Notes under the pieces: model-generated
Databases searched by the model: none
What the model was told of the DNA's origin: nothing
The model's input: the letters and a program-made list of their open reading frames with translations, nothing else
Made by a program: the position numbers and the translations under genes
Part shown: positions 24,395 through 39,520 of the stretch, piece by piece
Layout of the letters: the number at the start of each line of letters is the position of its first letter
Numbering within the stretch: the first letter of the stretch is position 1
Origin: Lingula anatina
Lineage: Eukaryota > Animalia > Brachiopoda
Assembly: GCA_051362555.1 (NCBI GenBank)
Contig: CM120640.1
Span: 59,374,788-59,438,787, forward strand
Reading direction: 5' to 3'
DNA: 64,000 nt

Positions 24395-25315
24395 TGACGG
24401 AGCCCTCTCTCACATTGCAATAGTCACTGGTGACCTGCTTAAAACCGCGGGAAAAGCAGACAACAACAACACTATTTATGTCTCCTCCATCCCAGTGCAT
24501 CACAAACTTGCATATTCCCGTTCATAGCAAAAGAGAATGCAACAAAGACTATCGGGTGTTCGTGATTTGGCCAAACAAGGCCGCTTTTATTAAATAAACT
24601 CACTATCCTAATAATTTTAACAACACAACGTATCGTGCGCGACAACAGAATGAGCGCAAAATGGGTCAGGCAGTGACGTCCCCTGGTATAAGTAGCAACA
24701 TGTGCCTCAATTGGGACCACCCCTCTAGGTAGAATTGAGCATGTGCAGAATGCGCATGTGCGTAAATAAGCTCTGGAGATTGTTGTCGCCATAAAATATC
24801 GTTTGACTACGCCAAACTTTCCTATAACAATAATATAAGATCCATGAGATATATTCGTCTTTTTGTTAAAAATGCATTTATATCCACAATGTGTGCCATT
24901 CTGTTATGCGTTATCCGACGCACTGTACAAAAACTCGCAACTTACGTCTGCGTCTGTAATCAACGCGTTTGGCGCCATGTAATTTTGGTCTCGAATGAAC
25001 ACGAGAATCCGCGTGACACCATTACGTCATTAGCAACGGATGCCTTGATGACCGGGAAGAAAAGCATCGAAAGCCCTATTGACAAGCACAGATTTTAGTT
25101 TTACTACAATAACGGCCGTTTGAGTGGTAAAATACAATGGAATATATTTCCATGCGTTGTTTACAATGTATTTCTTGCGGAATTTTGAATCTCAAAGGAA
25201 GAGTTATTATTGCTTTAATCATGTTTATATTCTCTATCCTGGAGTTGCATTATCACACTAAATCTTTTTTTTTAAATAATGAAAAGATTTGAACGTTTTA
25301 CTCTTTACTTTATAA

Positions 25316-25365
25316 GTGTGTGTGTGTGCGTGTGTGTGTGTGTGTGAGTGTGTATATATATATAT

Positions 25366-25423
<58 letters not shown>
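25316..25423. repeat. Compound (TG)n/(TA)n microsatellite
   Basis: TG run, short A tract, then TA run. Confidence 0.95.
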
Positions 25424-25424
<1 letters not shown>

Positions 25425-25426
<2 letters not shown>

Positions 25427-25490
25427 GGAGGTCGCCGGGGGTAAATCGTCCTGGAGGGAATTGTCCGAGGGGAGGAATTGTCCTAGAATC
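25425..25490 (-). repeat. (GGACAA-Cn) sub-repeat array, right arm of an inverted pair
   Basis: Reverse complement reads gattctaGGACAAttcctcccctcGGACAAttccctccaGGACGAtttacccccgg, the same organisation as 22301-22391. Confidence 0.75.
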
Positions 25491-28400
25491 TATACCCCCA
25501 AAAAAGTCACAATGGAGAGCTATAAAAACACGCTTGGCTAATATGCCTATCTAAGTATTTGGTGAAGGATGTTTTTCTCATAAACGGAGTCGCTTTAGTG
25601 ACAATAAATACGTCCTACTTACTTCGATAAAGGCAAAAAGCCTCTTCCCTTGGAAGTAACTGGAGCGCACAAAAATCTGAAATATTCAATTACAGGAAAA
25701 TGGACCAAGCCTATGCGACAGAACAACGCAGTTAAGGCACAGGGGTTGCTGTTATCCCTCGTGACACTTCAAATGCTTATTCCAAATACCGCTGATCATT
25801 GTCAATACCAGACGTCATTCCACCACAGCAGTGAATCATTCTCTGATTAATTTATGTAATGAAACACGACACACATTTGAGAAAACCTACAAGGTAGCTT
25901 CAAAAGCGTTGAAGTATTCCTTCGATAGCGTGATGGAAGACGAACTTTTCAAGATCAAGGAGTGACAGTAAATTAACAACCAGTATCGACAGCATGGGTA
26001 CGTTGAGGAAGATAAATCGCTTTTCTTTGATACGGGTTACATGTTCCACCACAAAAGTCTGTTATTAAGCTTAGCAATATTTAACAAACCCGCAAAGACA
26101 GACTACAGAGAATAAATGGCATTTGTAAGGAATGTGCATTTTCACGTGTATTGAATAAATTGAAAAGGGAAAGAACTTGAAAAACGAAAAGATTAAGTTG
26201 GCTTAAATCATGTTTTGATGCATGCTACCACATTCTGCTGCTCTAGCGAACACCTTGGCTGTGGCTTATCTAAACTCATTTTTCCTTTGCGTCAAATTCA
26301 GAGTCAACCGCAATTGATATTTAGCTTTATATATCATCAGACAACTCGTCGGATAGAAGAACTTGAAAAATGAAAAAAAAAACACCAATGCTTAACAACA
26401 AAAATGATAATCCAAATGGAATCTTTAACTAGAAGCAATTTCTTCTGTTGTTCCAAATCTCACATATAGTGCTTTACATCTAAACTACTAAAGAAAACCA
26501 TAATTTTTAATTATAACTTAATTCTGGGTTATCGAGTTTTAAAACCCAAAGTTACATTATGTTGAAAATAAAGAGTTAGACCTAATTGAAACCCACAATA
26601 TCTTACGGTTTATATCAAGCAAAATGAAAAGTCAAAAGATCAAATTTACTAATCTCCAGACTTTGGCTGAAATCTCGACCTTAACAGTCAAAACTGTCAA
26701 ACCTGACTTGACCTCAAAATAGCAAATATTTGAGCGCGTGTATTACTTTATTTCATGAATTATTCACTGAAACTCTGAAACCAATTTCCGAATTCCACAG
26801 AGATTGCTCGTCATCGTGTAAACTGGAACCTACCTATACTCTACTCTTTCAGAATGACAGGAAAAACAGAAACTAAACATTAGAACTACAATGATATAAA
26901 ATGACCGAAAAGTGACCAAACCAACCAGATTTTTTTCGTCAAAAGTAATTTTTACGTTGACATAATATTTTTAAAGACGATTTAAGGAATGAATTCGAGC
27001 ACATGATAGCTGCTGGCTCTTACGGTGAAAATTACGTTCTTAGATCTCTCTTAAATAAACTATGGGCAAGACAAGGAAAGAAAATTGCAAAATTAAGCTC
27101 ACATAATTGTATTATGATATATCAGAGTACTTTAACCAGGGAGACGGTTTACCGGCCCAGAGCGTAAAATATACTTCGAGGCAGATGTATGAATGCAATA
27201 TATTCATTAACGTTTAATGAACATGGTGTTCTTATTGAGAATGATACTCGAGGCATACAAGTAATAATCCTACTATCATGACTTATTGGAAATAAATGGA
27301 GCTAGACGAGAGTTGCTTATAAACTCAGCGAATGATATCACTATGTCTGTATTATATGGGTGCAATGTCTGAAGGCCACCGGAGAATGAAGATCAGTCCA
27401 TCTGTTGGTTTATCACACTGGTTACCTACAGCGCCTACTGCTGTAGAAGGGAATGATTTCCCCAGATATGTACACTAACTTTTATAAGATTAAATTCTTA
27501 ATAATTGCAGTATAGTCGATAAACACTATACATGTGCATGTATATACGTAGGTAAAAAGGCGTCAACAACCTTTACGAACGGAATAGAACATACATGTAT
27601 CTTCCCACTGCAATGAAAACACACTGACGCAAACACGCACAGTGAACGCAAATAAGTGAAATACAAATCTTCGTTTACCATTACCTACACGTTTAACAAA
27701 AATATGTTTGCATAGTCGCTTACATGAAATGCTAGGAGTTCATGTTTAACACTGTATACAGAAAGATGAGAGTATTAACGGAAATATAAAACACATTATG
27801 AAGCCAACACTTGTTCCTTCATGATAAATTGTGATGTAGGCCCTACCATATGCCAGGAAATCTCATTTATTGAAAACGTAGCAAACGCTGCTATCATGTC
27901 TTCTTATAAGATTTTAAGATTGTAAGTGTTAGCTCCGTCATATTTGACTGTATGAAGGCATTGGAACACAATCAACCTAATTTTGCGCCCTCAGAACGCA
28001 TCTTGTTGACATGTACAGGTTTTCTCTAAGCAATCAGCGGAACTCCCATGCGATGGTCTTATTCAATCAAATTTCGTAACCCTTATAGATTATATATTTG
28101 CTGACATCCATTATTCTTTATCTATTATTCTTTGCTTACAACTTATTTTGCGTGCACTGTAGATTCAATCGCAAAGTCGATAGAATGCAGATTAAGTCTA
28201 AACTTTTCAATCGAAACCAAAAGCTATCTGAGGTTGATTCAAATTCTAATTTTGTTTTGATGCAAGGGCAAGTGTGAGCAGTTATGGTAATCACTTGCTT
28301 TAATACGCCCTGGCTTTAGATTGCTTTCGAGCGGCTCTCCATACTAAGCATTCTTCTATTTCCCCAAAGAGAACGCTTCAAAGATTACGGTCAATTAAAT

Positions 28401-28717
28401 CTGAAAGCTAGTCCCAGACTAGGTTTGACGGGATCACATGCGAATAAAGTAAGTGTTCATGACTCTACCCGTCATACATTTATGCTTTGGTCGTTAAATA
28501 CGTTGATAAGAATACACAAAACCGATGCCAGCCAAATGACCTCATGTATCTCATAATTGTCTATCGTTTCCAAGGTTTCATCTTCACATCTATGGTAAAC
28601 TAAATACAGTATGTACAGTATGTAAAATCATTGTTATTTGATGTTGCCTGACGCTTTTTATTTATTTCGATTTTAGATAAAGCACTGACACCCACCAGTC
28701 ATAATTAAATGCTAGGC

Positions 28718-28829
28718 CCCTATTTGTTATGCACTTAGAGACTTGGTAAAAGTTCACTGTTACTTTAAGGGTCAAGGTACATAGGGGTCGTTGTGCGAAT
28801 AACATAACTGAGACGGTATTGCGTATTCT
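28718..28829 (+). repeat. ~110-bp direct repeat, copy 1
   Basis: Shares atttgttat.cact.agagacttggtaaaagttcact and tcgttgtg.gaataacata..tgaga.ggtat with 31581-31703. Confidence 0.85.
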
Positions 28830-31580
28830 TATCATTCTGTCGTGTCTACTTGTCCTTTCATACGTGTAGGCCTATCGGAATGCCTATTTATTCGTCAAGC
28901 TGAAAAAGGTCTGCTTCAGAATCAGACTGACGACCTGAAAATTCTGACACTTGGGCCACGGCCAATACATTGTCTTTTTGGTTTTTCTGGCTCTTTTGCT
29001 GAATATATTCAGTTTCTGATAGTCCGTTTTCCCAATTACCTGTAAACGATATATCTTACGTGCCAAAATAGTTTCAATATTGTGTCCGAATGAAAGTGAA
29101 AGGGGGGAAAATGTTTGCATTGAAAAAAATAGTTCCTGGTATATCACTAACTGATATTAATAGAAATAATCTGTTAAAGCTACCAAACGTTAGAATATTG
29201 TTAGGTATAGATGGGATCCCGGATGGTCCTGGCGAGAAATTAGCATTCGATTAAAACCCACACCATGGATTGATTTTCCTTTTACCACACAAGGGGAATC
29301 TTATCAGTGAGAGAAACTGACTTTGTTTTCATTACCATTCTTATAGGAAAAATAACCTGCTCATTTTCTTATGAACAATCACGTTACGTTATGAATTCAA
29401 GCAAAGTATACGTCAATAATAAGACATCAAAGCCCAACAAAGCTGAGATGTTCCTGCAGTGTCAAACGCCAGAACGCAGTAGTTATGATTTATTGGCTCC
29501 AAGGCAAATGATTTTTTTATCATTGAATCAAGCGGAGTATCTTGGTTTCTAGATAATGGGCGCGAGAGGAATCTCGCAAAAGGCGCTTTACGTTATGGAA
29601 TTGAGATAATGTGTAATCAATCTTAGTTAAATTACCTGTGCCTCTGTTATTGGATGATGCTAATTGCTACAATCTCTGACAAACGCTCGCAAATGAGTCT
29701 TCGAGTTGATATTATATTAAACAATTATATTTTATTTCGGTTTAAAGCGTTGGGTTGACTGTTCAGTAACACGTCTGTATAACACGAACTTGTGATCGCA
29801 GTACCAATACACTTCTTTCCCTTGAATGAAGTGCCCTCAAATAGTGAATCAGTCTTTGTCCTATCTGTCCTATTCTGTGCTTGACGGCTAATACCTACCT
29901 ATTTATATAAAAAAGGGAAAATACCATTTTCAAAGTAACAATTTACGAATTCATTCAATAGAATGTGTTATGTTAAAATTCAGAATTAAGGATATGAGAA
30001 ATAAAAGTTTACGTTGTCCTGTGTGTTGATATCAACGTTGAAGCGCGATTTTGATTAACAATAATATTCTCTGATCTATAAGATGTTTAATTTTTATCAT
30101 CCCCGTTTAATCCACAATGTAAATACAAAGCATAATTGACTTGGCAAAGGGGACGAACAATAATAATTGATAATTGTTAAGGGACATAATTTACCCCACA
30201 CATTTTAAAACTTCAGCTTTATGGCAAATTCAATCTAATAAATACCACGTTTCTCTTACTTTTTTGAAATCAAAGCCCTGACATAATGTACATAATTTCA
30301 TGCCATTCTTCCCATTTTATGTAAAAGAACAGGGACCTTCGACACGTTTAAGAACGCATAAGAAAAACGCCATTTTTTCACACTGTGGAAACGTCAGATG
30401 ATAGGCCTACTTGTATACCTTCATGTACACGACATCAAGTATTTTTGCGCGGTACCGGAAGAATTGAATATGTCTTTAATTAAGAAAGCTAAATTATTCG
30501 CGCCATCGAGTACATATTATTCATTAACAAAACACATTAATCGCTAAACAGTGACAGCACATAGGAAGATAACGTACAAATGGATTTGTTAGACTGTTAC
30601 ATACTGATGGGTCTTTTACATAAGGTGAATAATTCTTTATTACTACTACTACTACTAATAATAATAAAACAAAAACATATAATACATTAAAATAACGTAA
30701 AGATAGAACCGGTTTTGCTTTATCTATATATCAATAATATCAAAACTAATACTTAAATTTATTTACCGTATGTGGTCAAATTCGTTATTAAATTTGCTGT
30801 TTTATGTTAACATCTGAGACTTTGAACGATCCACTCACTTGCCATTCTCTTGCATCGTCTCCAAAAATGGCTTTTGTCAGCATGAAAATACTCTAGACCC
30901 TCTTGACGTATAAACTGTAACTCAGTGTTACCTCTTGGTTGTAGTGCCACCGTGTTCTTCGATGTTGTAACTTGTCAGCAATACTTGACAGAATCTTCTT
31001 TTACCGGAAGCCGCCTCACTCCGAGTATCAGTTTCGCATATCCCATTGCCTGCGAGTTATTGACGGAATGGCTTCTTTGAAGTCGATATCAAAGCACAAG
31101 TCTAATGGCAACACAGTGAGTCCCCAGCAAAAAAAAGGTAACAACAAAATGTAATACGTATTGATCGGGTCTCAATTCCTAACTCTCTTGCCCTCAGCTG
31201 TCCCATTATTCGTAATATGTACAGAGTATAGAGATCACCTTTCTTTTAGAGTGGCCTTATATTATTAATGGTGTCGTTTGACGGCGGGGTTTCTCTGCGT
31301 ATTGGCAACTGGTCTGATTTGTATCTATCTAATTTAGTTTTCCATGACAAAGGAGAAACTTTCATGACCTTTTTTGATATGCCATGCTGTTTTCATTATT
31401 CAAACGTGTGGCCAAAAAAAGTTATCCCCAGAAATTCAATCGAGATACATCCGTGTTAACCGGTAATAGGAAATTGACTATACTAGTAGTTAATGTACGT
31501 TATTTCTAAAACATTGAAAATAGGTTTACGCCAACTTGAGAGTTTGTTTACGATCACACATCGTCATAGTTTAATAAAAG

Positions 31581-31703
31581 CCCTAATTTGTTATCCACTC
31601 AGAGACTTGGTAAAAGTTCACTCGCTACTTATGGGGTTTAGACACATGGGGATCGTTGTGTGAATAACATATTTGAGATGGTATAAGATGGGTTGTGTAT
31701 TCT
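31581..31703 (+). repeat. ~120-bp direct repeat, copy 2
   Basis: Matches copy 1, including the identical core agagacttggtaaaagttcact. Confidence 0.85.
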
Positions 31704-34700
31704 GACCAATGTGCCCTGAAAACAAGTATATAGTCTCGAAAACTAATGTAAATGAGATCAGTCATCAGTATCTTATTATGAAAATTGCGATGATTTGTCA
31801 GATTACTCACAAGTAGCAATGGATAAGTTAATCTGTAGAGAAACCCGTAGGTTTAAATACCAACCATATTTTCTTTCTATCCTGAAAGTTTAAGCCTGTA
31901 TGCTTTATCAATGATTTTCAAATGATGAAGCCACGTTCTCAGCTAAAAGCCTTGCACTTACCCAAATAGAGAAAAAGTAACAATAAATTGTTATTTAACT
32001 GTTTTATTGTTATTATTATTATTAATTTGGTTCTTATTACGTCCACTGCTACATGCACAAGTGAAAATGTACATGTAAATACCAAAAGTTAAACGGTGTT
32101 TGTCTACAAGTTTCCGTAACTATTCCTAATTCACAGAAGATGTAGGCGGAGTATATTTAATTCTATTCAGCTTTTTAACCAAAACAGAAATATGTAACTG
32201 TGAGTACAGGATCGTAAGTCTTTGTGAATTTCCACGAAATGACATGACCTTTTTTCCTCTTATAACCCTATCATACCATCTACATGCATTTGGGCCCTAC
32301 AGTCTCCGATAAGTGGGGCAATATCCATGTGATTGAGGTGGTCTGACTCATTCAGTCTCCAGGGTAGGGTTTTCGATCAGACGCGATTACTTCAAATTCG
32401 TGTATCGCACGTAATCTAATTGACTAGGGCAAACAGAAGTGACTCCCCTCTTTTACCATATATGGGTAATTTATATAAGCGGAGTATTAGATTCTCCTCT
32501 TGGTTGCGATAATGGAAGCGGTCAGCGCTAAGATTTAAAAGAAAAAGCACCTCTGTAATTTAGGACGTTTAGGAGTCTAGGAAGTGTCAGAATTGGCTTT
32601 TTCTTATTTAGTAAAGGGTAAATTGTATCTGTTTTATCAAAGTGTTCAATTTGATTTTTTTTCAAAATAAACCGAACCACCTACAAATGCATACTTTTGC
32701 TTGCGTGAAACACTAACTTCTATGTGACATCAATTCTATTAAGCAATCGTTGAATCCCCACCCACTTCTTCGTTCACTTTATATTTGATATACTGTCTAC
32801 TACATGTACTTTCATTATTTGTCTGTACATTTTACATTCAAATACAATAAAAACGACCATTATAATAAATGAATGAATAAATTTATTTTGCTCTTCACAA
32901 ACTGAAACGCAACCTTGTCACGTTGTGGTAGAAATGACAAAGACATTTACAATTAGCTTTATACATCAAGGGCTGTACATTTGAGAAAGATAATATATAA
33001 CAAGAAATGCCACTTTCTTCAGATACTAAGCTACAAAAAGAAATAAACTTAAAACGTCCATAATTCAAGTATTCTGAAGACGACTTCCAACACAGTAAGA
33101 AATCTTAGACGTAGAATTTTAGACATTTATAGCGCTTTGACTTCTGACAATATTTGAGACAGATTTCTCTAATTCGGAAGGTTGAAAGAATCTACCTAAA
33201 ATTTTAACTTTAGAATTGGAAATGGGATTGATACCATGGAAGGACAAAATGGATGTACCAAGAATCACTTTATCGAGAATTCCTTTCTTGTACATGTACC
33301 ATCTCACTTTATCATACACAGTATATAAGTGATAACGTTGATGATAACATCGGTATACAATGTAGGTGCACATGTATGTCGTCGATCCTTTTGTTTTAAA
33401 AACAATGGGTTTTCATGCCAAAACCGCTGTTGGGTAGCCGCAAAGGACTTTAAACAACTGTTAAACTATAAAACTAATCCAGGCACATCTTGGCTTGGGA
33501 GAACCTGATCGACCGATTATACTGCGCGATACTAACGACTTAAACGAATTCCCCGTGAGATGTGAGATGAATGTCTTTCAGGCGAGACTAAAACAATTAA
33601 GATAATCTGTACATTATACAATACAGACATCATTCAATTATTTATTTGCAAAGCTAGTCAAACAGAAGCATTTGCAGCTTGATAAATCGGGAGTTCAATA
33701 GAACAATCGGGGATAACAAAGACCATCAGATTCCGTTTTTCAAAATAATTCAGTTGGAGAATACTGATGGAATCGTAAATCATGTCACAAATTAAATAAT
33801 GTACACTTCAGTAAACGCAAAATGACTGGATCCCACTTTTTTCTCCAGGAAGAAAGAAAAATAATTAGTTAATAAAAAAGCACCTCCCAGTCAACTTTGA
33901 ATCTCTGAAATAATAGCATGCATATATCTTTGTGGTCGATATACGGGTCTTGATAATAGAAAATCTTAGCACGCTTTAAATGTTTTATAATAAACCTTCA
34001 TAATCTGTATGTTAACATATTTTTATGCACGTTATGAATGAAATCAATATAACGATGCACAAAGTAAGATTTTTCTATATCCGACGAATATTCCTGTTGT
34101 ATACAGTATTTTTTCTCCGACAAGCCTTCTTTCTTTCCCTCTTTCCTGACACTCACCATAACTTAAGCGATGACTTTTAGATTGTACCAGTTCTTTCAAA
34201 TTCTACATGCATGTAACTTCCCTTCGAGCTCAAATCTCACACTCAATACCGAAATCCGTGATAAAAAAAACTGTCAAGATGGCTGACGGGCAGCACGTTT
34301 CATCTGGCGGTGGTAAATTTGCGACATCAATCCATGGCCTTGGTTGTATCTTTTAAAACATGATAAAAAAGAATTATTTGTCCTCAGATGAATTCAACAA
34401 AAAGTGCTTGATTCATGTGTGTTAAAAAGCCGTGCATTTAGTCACTTTAATTCAATTTCGACTTTAATATAAAAAGATGTACATTTAGGCTTAATAGTAC
34501 AAGTATCTTACGGTTGTGTGACTATACACATTCCAGTCAAAAATTTATTAAAATTAAATAAAATAAAATAGGTAAAAAAGGTAAAGAATGAAAAAATAGA
34601 CTATATCTGCAGCTTTTAATTTTGTTGGATATGCCGTCCTGCATTCTTAAACACTACCTACAGCCGTTTTCCAGAATTTTTGTTTATAAAGGCAATAGGT

Positions 34701-37700
34701 CATGAAAAGGTCTCATAACAGTAGGGCCTACATGCATTTTAGTGTGCATTGGACGGCTCACCAAATGTCACTTAAATCAGGACATCCAGTAGGGCATTTT
34801 CCCATGCAAATTTGAGAAGAAAGTCAAGATATATTTCTCCGTATTCATGCAAATAACATTTCAAGTGAACTTCTTGTCTTTATACATCGGTACTAAAAAA
34901 AAAAGATGAAGTGCTAAGATTCACCTACCACTCAGGGGAATTTAATTCAACCCCTCAAGTATAGGTATTGTAATTACAGTGACCAGGATTTGTTCATTTG
35001 ACTGTATGACTGCCACTCCAAATATCCCCTACCTGGTACGTCACGTTACGTACGCCCATTACCTTGCACGGCAGCTTTAGGTCATTGTTTAGAAAAAAGT
35101 CGATTCATTCCATGCTCACTTTGATTGAAATGTCTGAACCATTCAGTCAGTTTGGATTTCTTGTCTAGATACTGAAATGGAACAATAACAACAATTATGC
35201 AAAGATAAAAGCCCTCAATAACTTGTAGGATAAAGACAGGTCTGGTATTCATGTACTTGCTATCATAATGTCGGTGTATTATGCATCATAATCTCCAGGC
35301 TAGACTTAACAACACACGAATAATATCCAGTTTAACAAGTGTTTTCGGAAAGGAACGCAGCCGTAAGATGACAGAACCCCTGAATGTTGCGATTGAGGTG
35401 ATACACCTGCTGCATTAACTGAGTCTGTATGCGAACGACATGGAACACAATTCAAAGGCGTCGCTTCGAAATATGCTACATTGTTCCAGTGCAGTGAAAA
35501 AAAACACTCAGTACGGTATATTTATTTTAGCGGGCCCTACTGGGTAACTTCCAGCACGCTTTTTTATATTTATCGAGGAAATAATGTTATGGCTTTTGCA
35601 CTTCTAGTTTGAAACTGGTGTACATTTGTTGATCTGCCTGGTTTCTTTTTCGATTGTACCTGTGATCTCTCTTTATATTTATCAGTGCGGTCCGCAAATT
35701 ATCGTAACTTTAGGTAAAGGGTAATAAAGTGAGATACAATTAAAGTTGACTGGGACCAATTAAAGTCATAGGGACAATTACATTACTAATTCGAGCCGCG
35801 TGCCCGTGCCCGCGACTCGATACAAAAATAATTACACGTATCAGAAATTTTCTGCGGCCTGCACACGCCTTCCATCAGGGTGGCAGATTATATAGGGAAA
35901 AATTGAAAAAATCAGAGACTGAGACAGAAAGCCAAAATGATTATTTATCTAGAGACATATCTGTGAAAATCTGAATATCAATCTGTCTCCCTGGTAGAGG
36001 GTACGATAATGTCATTATGACCCAATGTGCAGCAAACAGCAAGTTTCTCCACGCTAAGTGGACTATACAGATGCTCATGAGGCAGAGCCTGAGTCAAAAA
36101 GCTCATAATTTATTCTGTTTATTACGTCACGGCAATGGCGTCAAAGATATCGGGATGGTCTTCAACTTGCTGACTGATAGTTTGCCTAAAGGCATGTCTC
36201 TCAGCCTTGTTCGATCCGCATGAAAATAACATGATGAGTCCTTTCTTAAGATCATAGAAACAAAATAAAGAACATGTAAATAGATGCCAAACCATAATGA
36301 GATACCCCTGTAATGAGAAGTAACATAATTATAAAGGCCGTGAACATTTTACTCTTATTTTACTTTTAAAAAATGCCATACATTCGTGATTTTCCAAGTC
36401 ATTATTTTTTGATTTTTGGGAAAAAAAGTTGCTCGTCTATATATCTCTTCACTCACTATTTCACAACATGCTTTTACAAGTTACATACCAATTTAGACTT
36501 TATTAACAGTAAAAAAAAGAGAAATCATGGTGTGCGCTGCTAGTGCTCTTGTCATTGCGTTCTAGGCCAGCTGTAAGTGCGGTTGGTGCGACACAGTTCA
36601 CAACCGAACGCATTGTTTAAGGGAATGTTCTTGGAGCAAAGTAGATGGAGATCAATAGAAAACGAGAGACATTGTAGCCACTTCTAAATGATCTAGTATG
36701 GAGAATATTCAACAGAAGAAAAAACTATCTAGCCTTAATTGGCTCGTTACTGTATGACTGAAAGGCGAAATGTATTGGTTTAGTTCATTGCGATGGTATT
36801 TTTGAAAATCTCAGATTGATTTATTCATAACCTTGGTTTGAAGACAAATTTTCTGTGTTCTTTCTGTCAACATTAGGTATAATGAAAAACTGCAAATAGC
36901 TTACAATTGTAGGAAGTAAGTCTAAGCATAGCCTTCAGTAACAAAGCAATAACGCATTTTCAGCATGAATATAATCCCTTGACGCTCTAGCATTATTTGT
37001 TAGAAAATTCCACAAGCTCTCGAAAGTGTTTGCTTTTGTACTTAACAGACTTCGTAATTTTTTTCCAGTATTTCTCTGAGGTTAAGGTTTCTTCTTTTGC
37101 AGTGAAGCGTGCGGTAATTCAGCCACGGTAGAAGTGCTACATGTACAGTGCTACAGCGACCGACTATAGCAACTTGTCATTTGTGAAAAACATTGATACA
37201 CATATCCCGGTAATGTTAGAGATATTGTTTGATAAAGAAGCCATTGCAGTGTGCTGAATATCCAACAAACTGTTTGGTGGCTAGATCTTTATTTCAATAA
37301 ATGTTGTGGATTTTGATTAACAGTTTAATATTTATGTAAACTGCAAAAAAAATAGTGCCCGAAATATTTTTGTGATTTTCATTAAAAGATAACGAAACCC
37401 ATAAATGAAATGCCACTGTGACTTAATGTTGACATTTCATACTTGCACTTTGGTTCAAGACGAGATGTTTTCCTCTTTATAACATCAGAATTGAATTGTG
37501 CTGTATCATATTCAAATGGATGACCTTAAAACTGCGCACCAGGTGCATTCAGGATATTAATTGCTGGATCCCATGACTTTGATGTGTGTTCACAGGAAGC
37601 ATGCAGCACTGTTATATGAATTAGATACGAATCTGATACCATTGCGATCGGACAAGTTTCACTCAGTGATTAGTTTACTTCTTACTCAATTTTGGCGTCT

Positions 37701-39469
37701 CTGTAGATTCCTGGAAAGAGACAAGATTGAAATCATATTTGCGTTCCATTATGTTAGTTTAAATAATGTGATATAAATAACTCATTTTAGGAGATGGTGG
37801 CTTAACAATCTTGCAGGAAGGATTCCCAAATGCATGTATGAATTCAAAGAATTGGCCAAGATGACAATTAAGATGAGGGGACTCTCAGTTCTGGAGAGAG
37901 ATTGAGTTTTCATGCATCATCAGCATTAAATATTGTCATTTCCGCCTGTCACCTCAAAATCATTTCCTCCGATGAAAAGTATTTTCGTGTTTCATTTAAA
38001 CGCAGTTAAGATATTAAATCCATGTAATGTGCAGAAGGAAAGTTTACATCTATTTAAGTTCAAGGGAACCTTTTTTTATTTAAACCCATGCAGTATCGCC
38101 ACGGAGACTGGACATCAAGCAGTTTTCTACTAGGATCTACTAGTGCTTATACTTTAGTACACCTATACATTTATCTCGTCGGTGACCCTTGGATGACCTG
38201 GGAGACATAACTTGATAATAAATTTAGTCCGTAATTTCCAAATTTATCCCTGCCAATGTCAGTACTCAAATATTGACACACAGACACAATGTCTCCCGGT
38301 CGGTCGCTGGGGGAACAATAGGCAGGCAAGGCATCCAAATACCTTTTACCTTCATAGCCAGAAACATGAATGCGAAACATGATCTATAGTTAGCATTTGT
38401 CTGTTCCTTTTCGAATGATTGCATTTACTCAGTTATTTGCTGATATATTTTAGTTGCTTTCTTATGTTAATATAACACTAGATGTGCGTTTTCTTGATCT
38501 TCGCTGTGCGATCAGGGGTCAAACTCGAATTGGACTGTTTCGTTCGCAAATCTAACAAATTGCGGAGCGTGTGATTATGCCAATTTTTAACAGCATTTGC
38601 TACAATTCTGACACCCTGGTAACCCTTTCAACCCTGCTGCTTACCCCTGTAACACACCCATTCAATTTTCGACAACTATTTCTGTTCAAAGTGACAGCTG
38701 TTTACTTTTAATGAACTGCTCATTTCCATCTTGTCCATGCCAAATGCCCCAGGCGCCAATTAGTTGTACGCAGGTAACATGGAAATACAGGTGGGTTCTT
38801 GATGTACCTTTCTCTTATCTAGACAGAGCCGAGGGGACACATGATGTCTTTATCTTAGTTCGGTTTGTTTTAAGGTATGAACCAATCAGAGAAACTAATT
38901 AATGGTGTTGAAAAAAACACGTTAGGTTAAATATTGATGAACAAATAAAAATTAATAAATAAAATATGATAATAATGATAACAACAACAATAATAACAAT
39001 AATAATGGTACAAATAATACATCATAAATTCAGCAACAATAACACCTTAATCATAAGATTACTTTTACTGCTAGATTTTGCTACTAACAAAACCCCAAAA
39101 AAGGACAGAATGACCTTGGGTTATTTTGTCCATGCCTTGTCCATTTTGTCCATGCCCATGCCATGCCATTACTCTCTCAGTCTGCTTTGAAAACCGCCCC
39201 CACAATTTGAAAGAGTCAGTTTTGGAAATTTGGTGATGGTTTCTGGATCTGGACAATATTTAATGGATAAATTTAGGACGAAGAAAGTCACGTTATGTAG
39301 TCCATCGGTGCATGTTTTGTATTTGGATTGTACTTCTTGTTTTTTACGCACGAAAACAGAGGTCATGTCAGGACCCGCCTACACAAGTATCTATTTAACG
39401 TATACTGTACTACCAGTTCGGTAGTTTACACTCATTAAACACCACAAGGATAGCCTTGAATGTGCCGTA

Positions 39470-39471
<2 letters not shown>

Positions 39472-39520
<49 letters not shown>
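39472..39520. repeat. (TAA)n microsatellite
   Basis: Pure trinucleotide run. Confidence 0.97.

Noticed and set aside
38513-38618. hAT-like CAGGG...CCCTG mini-element
   Set aside because: Inverted match is short and imperfect, and there is no TSD.
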